A model generated the notes under the pieces. It saw nothing but the letters and a program-made list of their open reading frames with translations. It had not been told where the DNA came from and searched no databases. Source: Candidatus Woesearchaeota archaeon (GTDB lineage Archaea > Nanobdellota > Nanobdellia > Woesearchaeales > GW2011-AR15). Taken from it: a DNA stretch of 58,334 bases. The position numbers and the translations under genes are program-made. How positions within the stretch are numbered: position 1 is the first letter of the stretch; the number at the start of each line of letters is the position of its first letter. The DNA lies in assembly GCA_038874655.1 (NCBI GenBank), contig JAVZBY010000005.1, forward strand, positions 6,430-64,763, given 5' to 3'. This document shows positions 27,129 to 38,222 of the stretch, in pieces.

Positions 27129-27860
27129 TTAATTAAACAACCTTGCTACTGAATTACCTAAACCAATAAAATTTAAAAAATCAACAAACCAAATTTTAAT
27201 ATACCCTAAGTAAGGAATTCTAAAAACTGCTTTTCCAATAATTTGGGATTCTGTTATTTCGGTTTCATAAATACAACCATCTCTTTCACATCCATTTATA
27301 GAATCTGAGTTATGATCTCCTTTTGTATGAAAAATTAAACCATTGGTTGTATTTTTTATTTCTACAATTCTATGTATTATTGGGTCAGGTTTTGGATTAA
27401 ACCTCGAACCTCTGAAAACTATGACATCTCCTATTTTTAAAGAAGAGGGTTTTTTTCCAAATAAAACAATTATATCGCCAGTATTAAAACCATTTGAAAA
27501 TTGAAATTTTTTAAAGGTTTCTTTATCTATGTTAATTTTTTCATAATAAGAACCACATGTTTCCCAATAAGAATCAAAGTTGTTCTGATAATTTTCTGGA
27601 AATTTTCCACAAATAAAACCATTACTTAATTTGTGTTCCATACTGCCAGAAACAACTGCAACAACAGGATATGTTGTTCCAAATATTAAACCTAATCCTG
27701 GATAAATAATATATTTTATCAAAACATATGCTAATATAATATTTACAATCCAACTGAGAATTGAATCATCTTCCCAAACAAAATACCATATCTTTTGTAA
27801 TAAATTTTTATTATTTTTTGCCTTATTGTTTGTATCTTTTTCTTTATTTGATTTAAACAT
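27129..27860 (-). CDS. Signal peptidase I, archaeal Sec11/S26B type
   Basis: VVSGSME, GDII, PIIHRIV, TKGDHN, IIGK..FRIPYLGY. Confidence 0.92.
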   Translation of the reverse strand: MFKSNKEKDTNNKAKNNKNLLQKIWYFVWEDDSILSWIVNIILAYVLIKYIIYPGLGLIFGTTYPVVAVVSGSMEHKLSNGFICGKFPENYQNNFDSYWETCGSYYEKINIDKETFKKFQFSNGFNTGDIIVLFGKKPSSLKIGDVIVFRGSRFNPKPDPIIHRIVEIKNTTNGLIFHTKGDHNSDSINGCERDGCIYETEITESQIIGKAVFRIPYLGYIKIWFVDFLNFIGLGNSVARLFN

Positions 27861-28037
27861 TTTATTTTAGCAATAGATTAAGTTATATAAAATTTTGGGT
27901 ATTTATTTTTGAATTAATAATTAAAACTTAATTTTGTAGCAAATTTTAACTATACCTATTGAAGATTTTTTTTATAATTTTGTTTTATTAAACTTTTACT
28001 CTATTAGTTATTCTTATTTTATTAAGAAAAATTATAA

Positions 28038-28706
28038 TTATCTTTGAATATATTTTTTTCCAATTTTTACATTTTTAGGAAAAATAATAATTTCCCTATA
28101 AAATCTTTCTTTACTTACATAAAATCTTTTTTTTTCTATATCTTTAGAAAGAATTGAAAACATTTTTACATTTGAAGATTCCTTATCAATTTTATAAATC
28201 TCTTTATTATGATATATCCATTTATCCCCTTTTAAATAATATGGAAGTGAATATCTTCTTAAAGTTAATTCACCATAAAAATTAAAATAATGTTCATAAT
28301 AACTCATAACTAATTCTTTAATTGTTTTATAAACTGGTTTTCTATCTCTTAATCCTAAAAATTTGCTTTGTGCTAAAGAGCCATATCTATTTTTTTCTTT
28401 ATAAACACAAATAAAATGATCTTCATCTCTAACAGCTTCTAATGTGATTAAAAAATTTTTTATATTATGTATCGATAAAACAAATGATGCAAAAATCGCA
28501 GCTTCTACACAATCAGCTTTTCTTAGTCTTAAAACTTTTAAAACACATAACCTTTTTCCTGTGTTATAATCTAAAGTATTTATATAGTTTTGAATTTTTT
28601 CAGGGGTATTTAATTTTTTCAAAAAATTTATTTCTTTGTATGTAAATTTTTTTTTTAATATAACATCTTTTATCATTTTTATCTTATTAATATAATTTCT
28701 ACTCAT
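28038..28706 (-). CDS. Transglutaminase-like/cysteine-protease-fold protein
   Basis: LNTPEKIQNYI, ADCVEAAIFA, RDEDHFICVY; overlaps upstream permease by 8 nt. Confidence 0.65.
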   Translation of the reverse strand: MSRNYINKIKMIKDVILKKKFTYKEINFLKKLNTPEKIQNYINTLDYNTGKRLCVLKVLRLRKADCVEAAIFASFVLSIHNIKNFLITLEAVRDEDHFICVYKEKNRYGSLAQSKFLGLRDRKPVYKTIKELVMSYYEHYFNFYGELTLRRYSLPYYLKGDKWIYHNKEIYKIDKESSNVKMFSILSKDIEKKRFYVSKERFYREIIIFPKNVKIGKKYIQR

Positions 28707-29931
28707 ATCTTAATGCATCTACGGGCTTTAAATTTGATGCTTGTCTAGAAGGCAATATACCTGAGATACTACCTACAAAAGTAGCAAATAAAATACAACC
28801 TATTGTAAGTTCTAATGGGAATATTGGTTGCAATGATGAATATCCTGAAACTCTTGCTATATGCCCACCTAATGAAGCAACTAAGTATCCTAAAAAAACA
28901 CCTATTATTCCGCCTATAAAACCTAATAATGCACTTTCAACTAAAAATATTTTTAATATTTCTGAATTTCTTGCGCCTATTGCTTTCATTATTCCAATTT
29001 CTTTTGTTCTTTCTAAGACATTTGTATACATTGTATTCATAATATTAACTGCTGCAACTACAACAGAAATAAAAGAAATCAAAATTAAAACACTATTAAT
29101 TATATTTATAATTGAACCAAAAGTTTCAATTAAATCAGCAAATGTTTGAATAAAAAAGTCTTCTTGACCCTCTTTTTGATTTCTATATCTTCTTAATTTA
29201 TCTTGTAGTGTTTCTGCTAATTTTTCAGGATCAATATTTCTTTCACTTCTAATTATTGCAAAACTGTATCTTTCTCTTTTTTCTGGAAACAAAGATAAAA
29301 ATGTTTCCTCATTCATGTAAATTTGTGCATCATCATTTGGATTACCAATTTCACTATAAAAACCAACAACTTCATATTTTTGACCGTTGATTTCTACATT
29401 ATCACCTAATTTTACTGGTTTTGAAAAAATCTTATTTTCAAACTGATAATTATATCCCAAAACAACCTTGTTTTTATCTGTACTTTTTAAATTTCTTCCT
29501 TTATAAACTTCCATGTTTCCTGTTTCTAACATTAGTTGTGATTTATCTGAGTCAAATCCGGATAAAAAAGCAAACTTTCTTTGATTGTTAAACTTTATTT
29601 GAACTGGAGCAATATAAACTCCTAATATTTCTTTTACACCTTGTCTTTTTTCTAAAAAATTAAGTTCTTGTTTTGTCAAAAAGAAATTTTGATCTGTTCC
29701 TGGTGCACCAAAACCTTTTGCTGTTATGAATAATTTATCTGCACCAGATTCATAGGCTAAATTTGTTATGTAATGTTGAATACCTAATCCAAAACTCATT
29801 AAAGCATATACTGCTGCTATTCCAATTAAAATAGATAGAACTGTTAAAAAGCTTCTAATTTTTTTCATATAGATATTTTTAAGTCCATATTTAATGTCTT
29901 CTATAGTCGTATCTATATGTTTTCTAATCAT
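28699..29931 (-). CDS. ABC transporter permease, MacB/FtsX family
   Basis: RSFLTVLSILIGIAAV; NIMNTMYTNVLERTKEIGIMKAIGA; LKPVDALRYE. Confidence 0.95.
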   Translation of the reverse strand: MIRKHIDTTIEDIKYGLKNIYMKKIRSFLTVLSILIGIAAVYALMSFGLGIQHYITNLAYESGADKLFITAKGFGAPGTDQNFFLTKQELNFLEKRQGVKEILGVYIAPVQIKFNNQRKFAFLSGFDSDKSQLMLETGNMEVYKGRNLKSTDKNKVVLGYNYQFENKIFSKPVKLGDNVEINGQKYEVVGFYSEIGNPNDDAQIYMNEETFLSLFPEKRERYSFAIIRSERNIDPEKLAETLQDKLRRYRNQKEGQEDFFIQTFADLIETFGSIINIINSVLILISFISVVVAAVNIMNTMYTNVLERTKEIGIMKAIGARNSEILKIFLVESALLGFIGGIIGVFLGYLVASLGGHIARVSGYSSLQPIFPLELTIGCILFATFVGSISGILPSRQASNLKPVDALRYE

Positions 29932-31157
29932 TGTCTTAGTGCCTCCACAGGACTTAATTTTGAAGCTCTATAAGCAGGTAATAAACCAAAGATTGTGCCT
30001 AATATAAATGAAAACATTAATGAACCAATAATCAAAAATAAACTAATTTCTGCTCTTATTAATCTACTACTTAAAAACATTTTACCTAATTCAGCTAAAC
30101 CAAAAGCTATTCCACTTCCTAATAAAACACCAATTAACCCTCCAACCATTCCTAAAAAACCTGACTCAATAAAAAATAAAAAAAATATTGTTGAATTTCT
30201 GGCTCCTATTGATTTCATTATTCCAATTTCCCTTGTTCTTTCTAAAACTGCTGTATACATAGTGTTCATAATACCTATGCCACCAACTGCTAATGAAATC
30301 CCTGCAATTATATAAACAAACAATTGAACTGCAAATAATGCTGAATTCAAGGATTTTAAAGCTTGTTCTGGTGTAGAAATTCTAAAATCTTCTTCACCTA
30401 CTTTTACCTTTCTCTCTTTTCTTAAAACTCTTTCAACATTTTCTTTAACCTTTTTTATTTCTTTTTCATCTTTAACTTTTATTGTTATTATACTTGTTGT
30501 TCCATCATCTGGAAAAACATCTGAATCTTCATTAAAGAACAATATATTATCAACTATGAAAGAACCTTTTTTTGCTAATATACCTACAACTTTATATGAT
30601 TTACCATTAACAAAAATAGTATCTCCTAATTCAAGAGGTTTTCCAAATTTTGTTTTACCTAAACTTGGAACTGCTTTGCTTGAATAACTATAGCCAATTA
30701 AAACAGATTTTGGTTCATTATCTTTTAAAAATCTTCCTTCGTCTATTTTTAAGTTTAACATTTTATAAAAAACTTCTTTGTCTTTTCCTAATGGAACGGA
30801 AGCTGCAAAACCAAAATTTCTTTTATCATTAAAGTCTAATGTCACTTGTTTAATCTTTCTGTTAAATGCTGTGTCAACTCCATTAACATTTTTTATTTTA
30901 TCTTTTAAAGTATCTTCTAATGGCTTAACTGCCCCAGTTCCTGGAGCACCAAAATTTAAACCTTCTGCTTGAACACTCATTATATCTGTTCCTAAAAATC
31001 CAAATTGTGATGTTATAGCAACTCTAAGTCCTTCACCTAAACCAATTAAAGAAACAACAGCAGCAATGCCTATAAAAATACCTATCATTGTAAGCCAACT
31101 TCTCAATTTTCTATGGCTTAAATTTGTAAATGCTAATTTAATATAATCTCTTATCAT
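29928..31157 (-). CDS. ABC transporter permease, MacB/FtsX family
   Basis: RSWLTMIGIFIGIAAVV; GIMNTMYTAVLERTREIGIMKSIGA; LSPVEALR. Confidence 0.95.
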   Translation of the reverse strand: MIRDYIKLAFTNLSHRKLRSWLTMIGIFIGIAAVVSLIGLGEGLRVAITSQFGFLGTDIMSVQAEGLNFGAPGTGAVKPLEDTLKDKIKNVNGVDTAFNRKIKQVTLDFNDKRNFGFAASVPLGKDKEVFYKMLNLKIDEGRFLKDNEPKSVLIGYSYSSKAVPSLGKTKFGKPLELGDTIFVNGKSYKVVGILAKKGSFIVDNILFFNEDSDVFPDDGTTSIITIKVKDEKEIKKVKENVERVLRKERKVKVGEEDFRISTPEQALKSLNSALFAVQLFVYIIAGISLAVGGIGIMNTMYTAVLERTREIGIMKSIGARNSTIFFLFFIESGFLGMVGGLIGVLLGSGIAFGLAELGKMFLSSRLIRAEISLFLIIGSLMFSFILGTIFGLLPAYRASKLSPVEALRQ

Positions 31158-31218
31158 TTTTTTATTTTTGATTTGAATTAATTTTTAATTTAGTAAAAAG
31201 AAAAAAGTAAAAATTTGT

Positions 31219-32511
31219 TTATTTCTTTCTTTTAATTCTTCTATATATGAAGAATCCTGCAATAGCCAATAATAATAATATTATTATATTTGACATACTA
31301 TTGCTTTTTGATTCTGTTAATTTAGATTGACTTACTATTGGTAAATCTAAATCATATTCATCTGAGTAAAAGTTATTATTTGCGTCTCTATATTCTACTT
31401 TTACAGGAAATTTTATAATTTGTTCTTTTTTTGTGTCTAAATTTCCATTTGTGTAAACTTTAAATTCTGCTGTCTCATAATCATCTGAATCTACATTTCC
31501 TATATATACTTCTTTAGAAGATAAAATTTGTAATTTATCTGTATCTTTAGCAACCACATCTAAAAACTTTATATCTGAGAAACCTTTGTTAATTATTTTT
31601 ATAGTAACTGTTCCTGTCTTTTTACCAACATATAAATCTGTTTCATCAATTATAACACTCATATCTGGTTTTGAACCAACAATCAAACCAATAATATCTG
31701 TTTTTGTGTATTGATTACCTTTATTATCAAAATAATTTAATATTATTGGCACTTTATATATTTTTGAGCTTGCATCCGGATATGAGATTATCTTGTATGA
31801 AAAAGTATGCTCTTCACTTGGAGACAATGTATAAATTTTTTGTTCTGAGGAACTTCCTAAAGGTACAAAAGGCATTGCATTAAAAGCATTTATTGAATCT
31901 GTTGTTGATAAAGTTGTTGATTTCATGAATGAAGACATTGTTAAATCTAGCTTTAGAGTTATATCTTTTATAGGTGTTGTTGCCATATTTTTAATTTTGA
32001 CATTAACAACTGCTTCTTGTCCCGGTTTTATTTTTTCTGGATTTGTTTCAACAGAAATTATTGCTAGATTTGCATCTTTTGTTTGTACATCAACATAAAA
32101 TTCTTGTGAAAACCAATCTAAGTTATCATGTTTATATTTTAATATTATCGGATTTTTTCCCTCAACTGCTTTTTCATCTACCCTTACTTTATATTTTACT
32201 ATTTGAACATTTCGACTATTTCCATAACCTAAAAGAGTGCCCAAGTTTTTTACTGCTTCTTCATTTGGGTCCAATGAAAAAGGATACTTTGGATCTAACA
32301 TAACTTGGAAATTATTTGCTTCTGTGTCTGCTCTGTTGTTAAAAATTTTGAATCTTAATTCAACATAATTTCCTGGACTAACAGGATCTGGTTCTTGGTT
32401 TAATAAAGTTATATTTATTGCTGGAACTTTTTGTGCATTTACCAAGTTAAATGCAATAACAAAAATTAAAAAAAATGTTGTTGCATACATAGTTTTTTTC
32501 ATAAAATTCAT
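31219..32511 (-). CDS. COG1361 S-layer-domain protein associated with ABC operon
   Basis: Signal peptide, NQEPDPVSPG, PEKIKPG Ig-like repeats, C-terminal TM + RRIKRKK; GGAGGT SD (32519-32524) favours ATG 32511 over TTG 32526. Confidence 0.85.
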   Translation of the reverse strand: MNFMKKTMYATTFFLIFVIAFNLVNAQKVPAINITLLNQEPDPVSPGNYVELRFKIFNNRADTEANNFQVMLDPKYPFSLDPNEEAVKNLGTLLGYGNSRNVQIVKYKVRVDEKAVEGKNPIILKYKHDNLDWFSQEFYVDVQTKDANLAIISVETNPEKIKPGQEAVVNVKIKNMATTPIKDITLKLDLTMSSFMKSTTLSTTDSINAFNAMPFVPLGSSSEQKIYTLSPSEEHTFSYKIISYPDASSKIYKVPIILNYFDNKGNQYTKTDIIGLIVGSKPDMSVIIDETDLYVGKKTGTVTIKIINKGFSDIKFLDVVAKDTDKLQILSSKEVYIGNVDSDDYETAEFKVYTNGNLDTKKEQIIKFPVKVEYRDANNNFYSDEYDLDLPIVSQSKLTESKSNSMSNIIILLLLAIAGFFIYRRIKRKK

Positions 32512-32596
32512 TTTAATAACCTCCAATATAGTTTTATTAATTTTTATTAATTTATCTTTTAAGAGCGTAATTTTTTATTTTAATTTATATTTTAGT

Positions 32597-33277
32597 TTAT
32601 TTTGATATTATTTGACCATCTTTTAAGTAAATTATTCTTTGTGCTTTTTTTGCCAATTCATCATCATGTGTAACCATAACAATTGTTTTTTTCTTTTCCT
32701 TGTTTAATTTTTTTAAAAAATCTAAAACATTAGATCCTGTTTTTGAATCTAGATTTCCTGTTGGTTCATCTGCCAATATAACTTCGGGATCAACTGCTAA
32801 TGCTCTTGCAATTGCAACTCTTTGTTGTTGGCCACCTGACAATTCTTTAGGCTTATGATGCATTCTTTCTTTTAACTCAACCATTTCTAATAATGATGTT
32901 GCTATTTTTTTTCTTTCATTATAAGGAATGCCTTGAAAAATTAAAGGCAACATTACATTTTCCAATGCTGTTAATGTGTTAATTAAATTAAATTGTTGAA
33001 AAATAAATCCTATTTTTTTGCCTCTTATTTGTGCTAAATCAGATTCTCTTAATTTTGAAATGTCTTTTCCTGAAAGATAAATATTTCCTTTTGAAGGTAG
33101 ATCTAAACAACCAATTAAATTCATTGCTGTACTTTTACCAGATCCTGAAGGACCTTGAATTGCTAAAAATTCTCCTTCTAAAACTTCTAAGCTAATACCT
33201 CTTAAAGCATGTACTTCTACATCACCCATTTTATAGGTTTTCCATACATTTTCTAATTTAATTATTGATTTTGCCAT
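32597..33277 (-). CDS. ABC transporter ATP-binding protein (LolD/MacB-like)
   Basis: GPSGSGKST, LSGGQQQRVAIARAL, ILADEPTGNLD, VTHD; likely start MAKSIIKL at 33277. Confidence 0.96.
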   Translation of the reverse strand: MAKSIIKLENVWKTYKMGDVEVHALRGISLEVLEGEFLAIQGPSGSGKSTAMNLIGCLDLPSKGNIYLSGKDISKLRESDLAQIRGKKIGFIFQQFNLINTLTALENVMLPLIFQGIPYNERKKIATSLLEMVELKERMHHKPKELSGGQQQRVAIARALAVDPEVILADEPTGNLDSKTGSNVLDFLKKLNKEKKKTIVMVTHDDELAKKAQRIIYLKDGQIISK

Positions 33278-33744
33278 TTGATCATCATCTTTTCTAAATC
33301 CTTTTTCCATGAATCAACAATTTGACTAAATTGAAGTAATTGTTTATAATAATTATCTATTATTTTCAACTTTTCTTTTGTTGATTGATCTTTATTTTTT
33401 GAATATTTATGCATAATAAAGGGTAATTGTGTTAAAACCTCTTTGATATATGAAGACATATATTTAATTTTTTGTAAATTAATTTTTGCTAAATCTTTAT
33501 CCATGTAAAAATAAACTTTTTTAGTTTTTGGTTTTCTTATTCTTTCAACAAAACCATAATTTTCAAGAGTTTTCATTGTGTTTGAAATTGAAGCTAAACT
33601 ATAACCTGTTCTTTTTGCAAGTTCTTCTAAGGAAATTTCTTTTGGTTCTAAGTAAAGGATTGTGATTACATCTAAAAAAGGTTCTTTTTCATAGGACATT
33701 GTTTTACATAACAATGATTTCATATCTTTTTCTAATTCATCCAT
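33262..33744 (-). CDS. GbsR/MarR-like HTH regulator
   Basis: ILYLEPKEISLEELAKRTGYSLASISNTMKTLE..GFVERIRKP..KKVYF; heads the ABC operon. Confidence 0.85.
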   Translation of the reverse strand: MDELEKDMKSLLCKTMSYEKEPFLDVITILYLEPKEISLEELAKRTGYSLASISNTMKTLENYGFVERIRKPKTKKVYFYMDKDLAKINLQKIKYMSSYIKEVLTQLPFIMHKYSKNKDQSTKEKLKIIDNYYKQLLQFSQIVDSWKKDLEKMMIKWQNQ

Positions 33745-33958
33745 TTTAAGCCTTTTTTTAATTATTTAATAAAATTTTGCTGTTTATTTGTTTATTTTTA
33801 CAATTTTTAATATTTTTTAAAAATTATAAATATTTATAAAGTTTTTGTTTAAGTATTTTTGAATTTTTATTTTTAAAAAATCATTTTTATCGTCTATAAA
33901 GAATACCACAATCTTTATATAGATACAGAATTTCAAAGGTATAGAGGGCAATAGAAAA

Positions 33959-36460
33959 ATGAGTGAAGATAATAACAATCAAAATAATAAAAGTAATGTA
34001 AGTCTAAATAATGAAGATATTAAAAATCTAAATAACAACCCTGAAAAAGAAGTTGATAAAATAATCCCTGTTGTTATAGAAGATGAGTTAAAAAAGAATT
34101 TTCTAGATTATGCAATGTCTGTTATTGTTTCAAGGGCTTTGCCTGATATAAGAGATGGTTTAAAACCTGTTCAAAGAAGAGTTCTTTACACAATGTTAGA
34201 ACTTGGTTTGGAATATGGTAAGCCATATAAAAAATCAGCTAGAATAGTAGGTGATTGTTTAGGTAAATGGCATCCTCATGGTGATACTTCTGTTTATGAC
34301 GCATTAGTTAGAATGGCACAACCCTGGGTTTTAAGATATCCTTTAATAGATGGACAAGGTAATTTTGGAAGTATTGACGGAGATAGCCCCGCTGCAATGC
34401 GTTATACTGAAGCTCGTCTAGCAAAAATATCTAATGAAATATTGGCTGACATTGACAAAGAGACAGTTAATTTCCAACCAAATTTTGATGGCTCTCTTGA
34501 AGAACCGGTTATTTTACCAAGTAAAATTCCAAATCTTTTGATTAATGGCTCATCTGGAATTGCTGTTGGCATGGCTACATCAATCCCACCACATAATTTA
34601 AAAGAAATATGTAGAGCTGTTATCATGACTATAGAGAATCCTGAGATTTCTATAAATGAGTTGTGTAATGTTGTTAAAGGACCTGATTTTCCTACTGGAG
34701 GTTTATTACTAGGATATAATGGAATTAAAGAGGCTTATGCAACTGGAAAAGGGAATATAAAAGTTAGGGCTAAAATAGAAATTGAAGAAAAAAAAGGCAA
34801 AGTTTCTCTAATTGTAAAAGAGATTCCTTATATGATTGATAAATCACAATTAATAGAAGAAATTGCTAATTTAATAAAAAACAAAGTTATAACTGAAATT
34901 GCTGAACTGAGAGATGAATCTGACAGAGATGGGATGAGAATTGTGATGACTTTGAAAAAAGATTCAAATTATGAAGTTGTTTTAAATCAATTATATAAAC
35001 ATTCTAGGTTAGAAAGCAGTTTTAGTGTTAGATTTTTGGCACTAGTAAATAATGTTCCAAAAACTATGAATTTAAAAAGATTAATAGAGCATTTTATTGA
35101 ACATAGAGTTGATATTATTACAAGAAGAACTCAATTTGAACTAAAAAAAGCAAAAGCAAGAGCACATGTTCTAGAAGGATTAATTATTGCTCTAAATGAT
35201 ATTGATAATGTTATCCAAAAAATTAAAAAAAGTGTTGATAGTGAAGATGCTAAAAATGTTTTAATAAATGACTATAATTTAACAGATGAACAAGCAAAAG
35301 CTATATTAGACATGACTCTAAGAAGATTATCTTCATTAGAACAAAAAGCAATAAAAGATGAACATACTGTATTAATAAAATTAATCGGAGAATTAGAAGA
35401 AATCTTAGCTGATAAAAGAAAAGTGTTGAATTTAATAATTAAAGAACAAGAGGAATTAATTGAAAAATATGGTGATGAAAGAAAAACAGAAATTATAGAT
35501 TATCATGAGGATATAGAAATAGAAGATCTAATTGAAAAAGAAGATGTTGTTGTAACAATAAGTCATTCTGGATATATAAAAAGAATGCCCTTGGAGGAAT
35601 ATAAACAACAAATGAGAGGAGGCAAAGGAATTATTGGTGCAGAAACTAAAGAAGAAGATTTTTTAGAACATTTATTTATTGCAAATACACATTCTTATTT
35701 ATTGATATTTACAAACAAGGGAAAAGTACATTGGCTTAAAGTATATAAAATAAATGAAAACTCAAGATATAGTAAGGGACAAGCAATTGTAAATTTAGTT
35801 GAAATAGAAAAAGATGAAAAAATATCTGCAGTAATTCCTGTTAATGTGTTTGATGATTCTTATTTAGTTTTTGCTACAAAAAAAGGGTTGGTTAAAAAAA
35901 CACATTTAAAAGAATATAGTAATCCAAGACAAGGAGGAATATGGGCAATTTCATTAAATGAAAATGACGATGTTGTTGATGTTGTTAAAACAAAAGGAAA
36001 TAATCAATTAATTATTGCTACTGCTAATGGAATGGCTGTCAGGTTTAATGAAACAGATGTAAGAGCTGTTAGCAGATATTCACAAGGCGTTATTGGAATA
36101 AGATTAAAAGATAATGATGAAGTTATTGGAATGGTTGTTGCTGATGAAAATAAAACTTTATTAACTATTACTGAAAATGGTTATGGAAAAAGGACTCCAA
36201 TTCAGGATTATAGATTAATTAATAGAGGCGGCTATGGTGTTATTAATATTAAAACAAGTGAAAGAAACGGAAAAGTTATTTCCATTATAGAAGTTAGTGA
36301 TGAAGATGAGATAATGCTTATTAGTATTAATGGCCAAATAATTAGAACAAGTGCTAAGTTTATTTCTGTTATAGGAAGAAACACACAAGGTGTTAGGTTA
36401 ATGAGATTAGAACAAAATGATAAAGTTGCAGACGCTGCTAAAATTGTTTATAATATATAA
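33959..36460 (+). CDS. gyrA: DNA gyrase subunit A
   Basis: [37 protein letters not shown] (catalytic Tyr), GyrA-box QMRGGKG, C-terminal pinwheel repeats. Confidence 0.97.
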   Translation: MSEDNNNQNNKSNVSLNNEDIKNLNNNPEKEVDKIIPVVIEDELKKNFLDYAMSVIVSRALPDIRDGLKPVQRRVLYTMLELGLEYGKPYKKSARIVGDCLGKWHPHGDTSVYDALVRMAQPWVLRYPLIDGQGNFGSIDGDSPAAMRYTEARLAKISNEILADIDKETVNFQPNFDGSLEEPVILPSKIPNLLINGSSGIAVGMATSIPPHNLKEICRAVIMTIENPEISINELCNVVKGPDFPTGGLLLGYNGIKEAYATGKGNIKVRAKIEIEEKKGKVSLIVKEIPYMIDKSQLIEEIANLIKNKVITEIAELRDESDRDGMRIVMTLKKDSNYEVVLNQLYKHSRLESSFSVRFLALVNNVPKTMNLKRLIEHFIEHRVDIITRRTQFELKKAKARAHVLEGLIIALNDIDNVIQKIKKSVDSEDAKNVLINDYNLTDEQAKAILDMTLRRLSSLEQKAIKDEHTVLIKLIGELEEILADKRKVLNLIIKEQEELIEKYGDERKTEIIDYHEDIEIEDLIEKEDVVVTISHSGYIKRMPLEEYKQQMRGGKGIIGAETKEEDFLEHLFIANTHSYLLIFTNKGKVHWLKVYKINENSRYSKGQAIVNLVEIEKDEKISAVIPVNVFDDSYLVFATKKGLVKKTHLKEYSNPRQGGIWAISLNENDDVVDVVKTKGNNQLIIATANGMAVRFNETDVRAVSRYSQGVIGIRLKDNDEVIGMVVADENKTLLTITENGYGKRTPIQDYRLINRGGYGVINIKTSERNGKVISIIEVSDEDEIMLISINGQIIRTSAKFISVIGRNTQGVRLMRLEQNDKVADAAKIVYNI

Positions 36461-36509
36461 TTGTTCATAAAATATAAGTATATTTTTTTCACTAGGAACT
36501 CTCAAAAAA

Positions 36510-37688
36510 ATGAAAGCATTTATTACCACAAACAAATATTTAGAAAAAATTTCTGAAATAGAGATTAAAGAACTTATAAATTGTCAAAATTTTGAAATTT
36601 ATGAAAGTGTTGTTTCTTTTGATATAAAAAATTATGTTGAGTTAGCAAAAATTACCTATTATTCACAATCTATAAATAGAGCATGCTTATTATTAGAAAA
36701 ATTCAAAATTGAAGAAAATAAGGAAATAAATAATCTTTTTAAAAAAATAGAAAAGAAAATAGAAGAAATTAACTTTTTAAACCTAAAAGAATTAATTAAT
36801 AATAAAAGTTTTAAAGTTGAATGTGAAAGACATGGAAATCATGATTTTAAAAGTACTGATATTGAAATATTAGTTGGAAAAAAATTAAATAATATTTTTA
36901 AAGATATAAATATAAAGAATAATGTTGATTATGATAATCCTGAAGTTATATTCTTTTTTTATATTTATAATGAATATTGTTTTTTTGGTTTAGACTTCTC
37001 AGGTTTTGATTTATCTAAAAGACAATATAAAATATTTAATCATCCTGAGTCATTAAAAGGAAATGTTGCTTATTCTTTAATAAGGTTAAGTGAGTTTAAA
37101 AAAAATGATTTTTTATTGGATCCTTTTATGGGCTCTGGAACAATAGTTATTGAAGCTGCATTATATGCAACTGGATTTCCTGTTCAATATTATAATAAAG
37201 ACAAATTAGCTTTCACAAGATTAATTAATACAAAACTATTTGATAAAGAAAAAGAAAAAATAGAAAATATCAAAGAGAAAAAAACTAACATTTATGGATA
37301 TGATTATCAAATGAAATATTTAAAAGCAGCACAAAAAAATGCGAAATTAGCAGGTATTGATAAAACTATTAATTTAAGTAGATGTGAAATAGAATGGCTT
37401 GATACAAAAATAAAAGAAAAAAGTTTTGATTTTATTATAACAGATATGCCTAGATATTCAAAAAATAAACCTGAAAAGGAATATGAAAAATTGTATGATG
37501 AATTTTTTTACCAAGCAAAATATATTTTAAAAAATAAAGGTAGAATTGTCTTATTAACTAAAGAAAATGAAATATTAAAAAAATCTAGTGAAAAACATAA
37601 CTTTAAAATAGTAAATAAATATTTTGTAAGTCAAGGACAAGAGGTTTTTGATGTCTTTTGTTTTGAAAAGGAGATAAGACAAAATTAA
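36510..37688 (+). CDS. THUMP-domain RNA methyltransferase (Trm14/RlmL-like)
   Basis: SFKVECERHGNHDFKS (THUMP), LSKRQY, LLDPFMGSGTIVIEAA; motif IV reads TDMPRY. Confidence 0.88.
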   Translation: MKAFITTNKYLEKISEIEIKELINCQNFEIYESVVSFDIKNYVELAKITYYSQSINRACLLLEKFKIEENKEINNLFKKIEKKIEEINFLNLKELINNKSFKVECERHGNHDFKSTDIEILVGKKLNNIFKDINIKNNVDYDNPEVIFFFYIYNEYCFFGLDFSGFDLSKRQYKIFNHPESLKGNVAYSLIRLSEFKKNDFLLDPFMGSGTIVIEAALYATGFPVQYYNKDKLAFTRLINTKLFDKEKEKIENIKEKKTNIYGYDYQMKYLKAAQKNAKLAGIDKTINLSRCEIEWLDTKIKEKSFDFIITDMPRYSKNKPEKEYEKLYDEFFYQAKYILKNKGRIVLLTKENEILKKSSEKHNFKIVNKYFVSQGQEVFDVFCFEKEIRQN

Positions 37689-37745
37689 ATATAAATTAAG
37701 AAATAAAAAAATAATAACTACCCAAAAGATAGAAAAGGTGAAAAA

Positions 37746-38207
37746 ATGGCTTCTTGTGAAATGTGCGGAAAAGAAGATATTTTAGTTATTGCTTTAATTG
37801 AAGGAGTTGAACTAAATGTTTGTAATAGTTGTGCTTCATTTGGAAAAATTGTAAAAAAACAAAGTCCTGAAAAAATAAATGAAAAAAAAGAATTAAAAAA
37901 AGAAAAAAAGGTTGAAGAAAGAGAAGTTATAATGGTTGTTAGAGAAGATTTTTCTTCTATAATAAAAAATAAAAGAGAAAAAATGGGATTAAAACAAGAT
38001 GAATTTGCTAAATTTTTAAATGAAAAAGAATCTATTGTGCAAAAAATAGAAAATGGCACTTATATTCCAAGTATAGAGATGGCAAGAAAATTAGAAAAAC
38101 AATTAAATATTAGTTTAATTGAAGAAAGGGTTGTGGAACCACAACACATAAAAGCAAAAAACGAGACACTTACTATAGGTGATATGATTAATCTAAAAAA
38201 TAAGTAA
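37746..38207 (+). CDS. Archaeal multiprotein bridging factor aMBF1
   Basis: CEMCG...IEGVELNVCNSC Zn ribbon, HTH (REKMGLKQDEFA...KIENG), TLTIGD; AGGTGA SD. Confidence 0.93.
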   Translation: MASCEMCGKEDILVIALIEGVELNVCNSCASFGKIVKKQSPEKINEKKELKKEKKVEEREVIMVVREDFSSIIKNKREKMGLKQDEFAKFLNEKESIVQKIENGTYIPSIEMARKLEKQLNISLIEERVVEPQHIKAKNETLTIGDMINLKNK

Positions 38208-38222
38208 AAAATAATGAAGAAA

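Noticed and set aside
33797-33830. Imperfect inverted repeat (TTTACAATTTTTAA / TTAAAAATTATAAA) upstream of the GbsR-like gene
   Set aside because: Almost all A/T in an AT-rich spacer; could be an operator but is not distinguishable from chance by eye.
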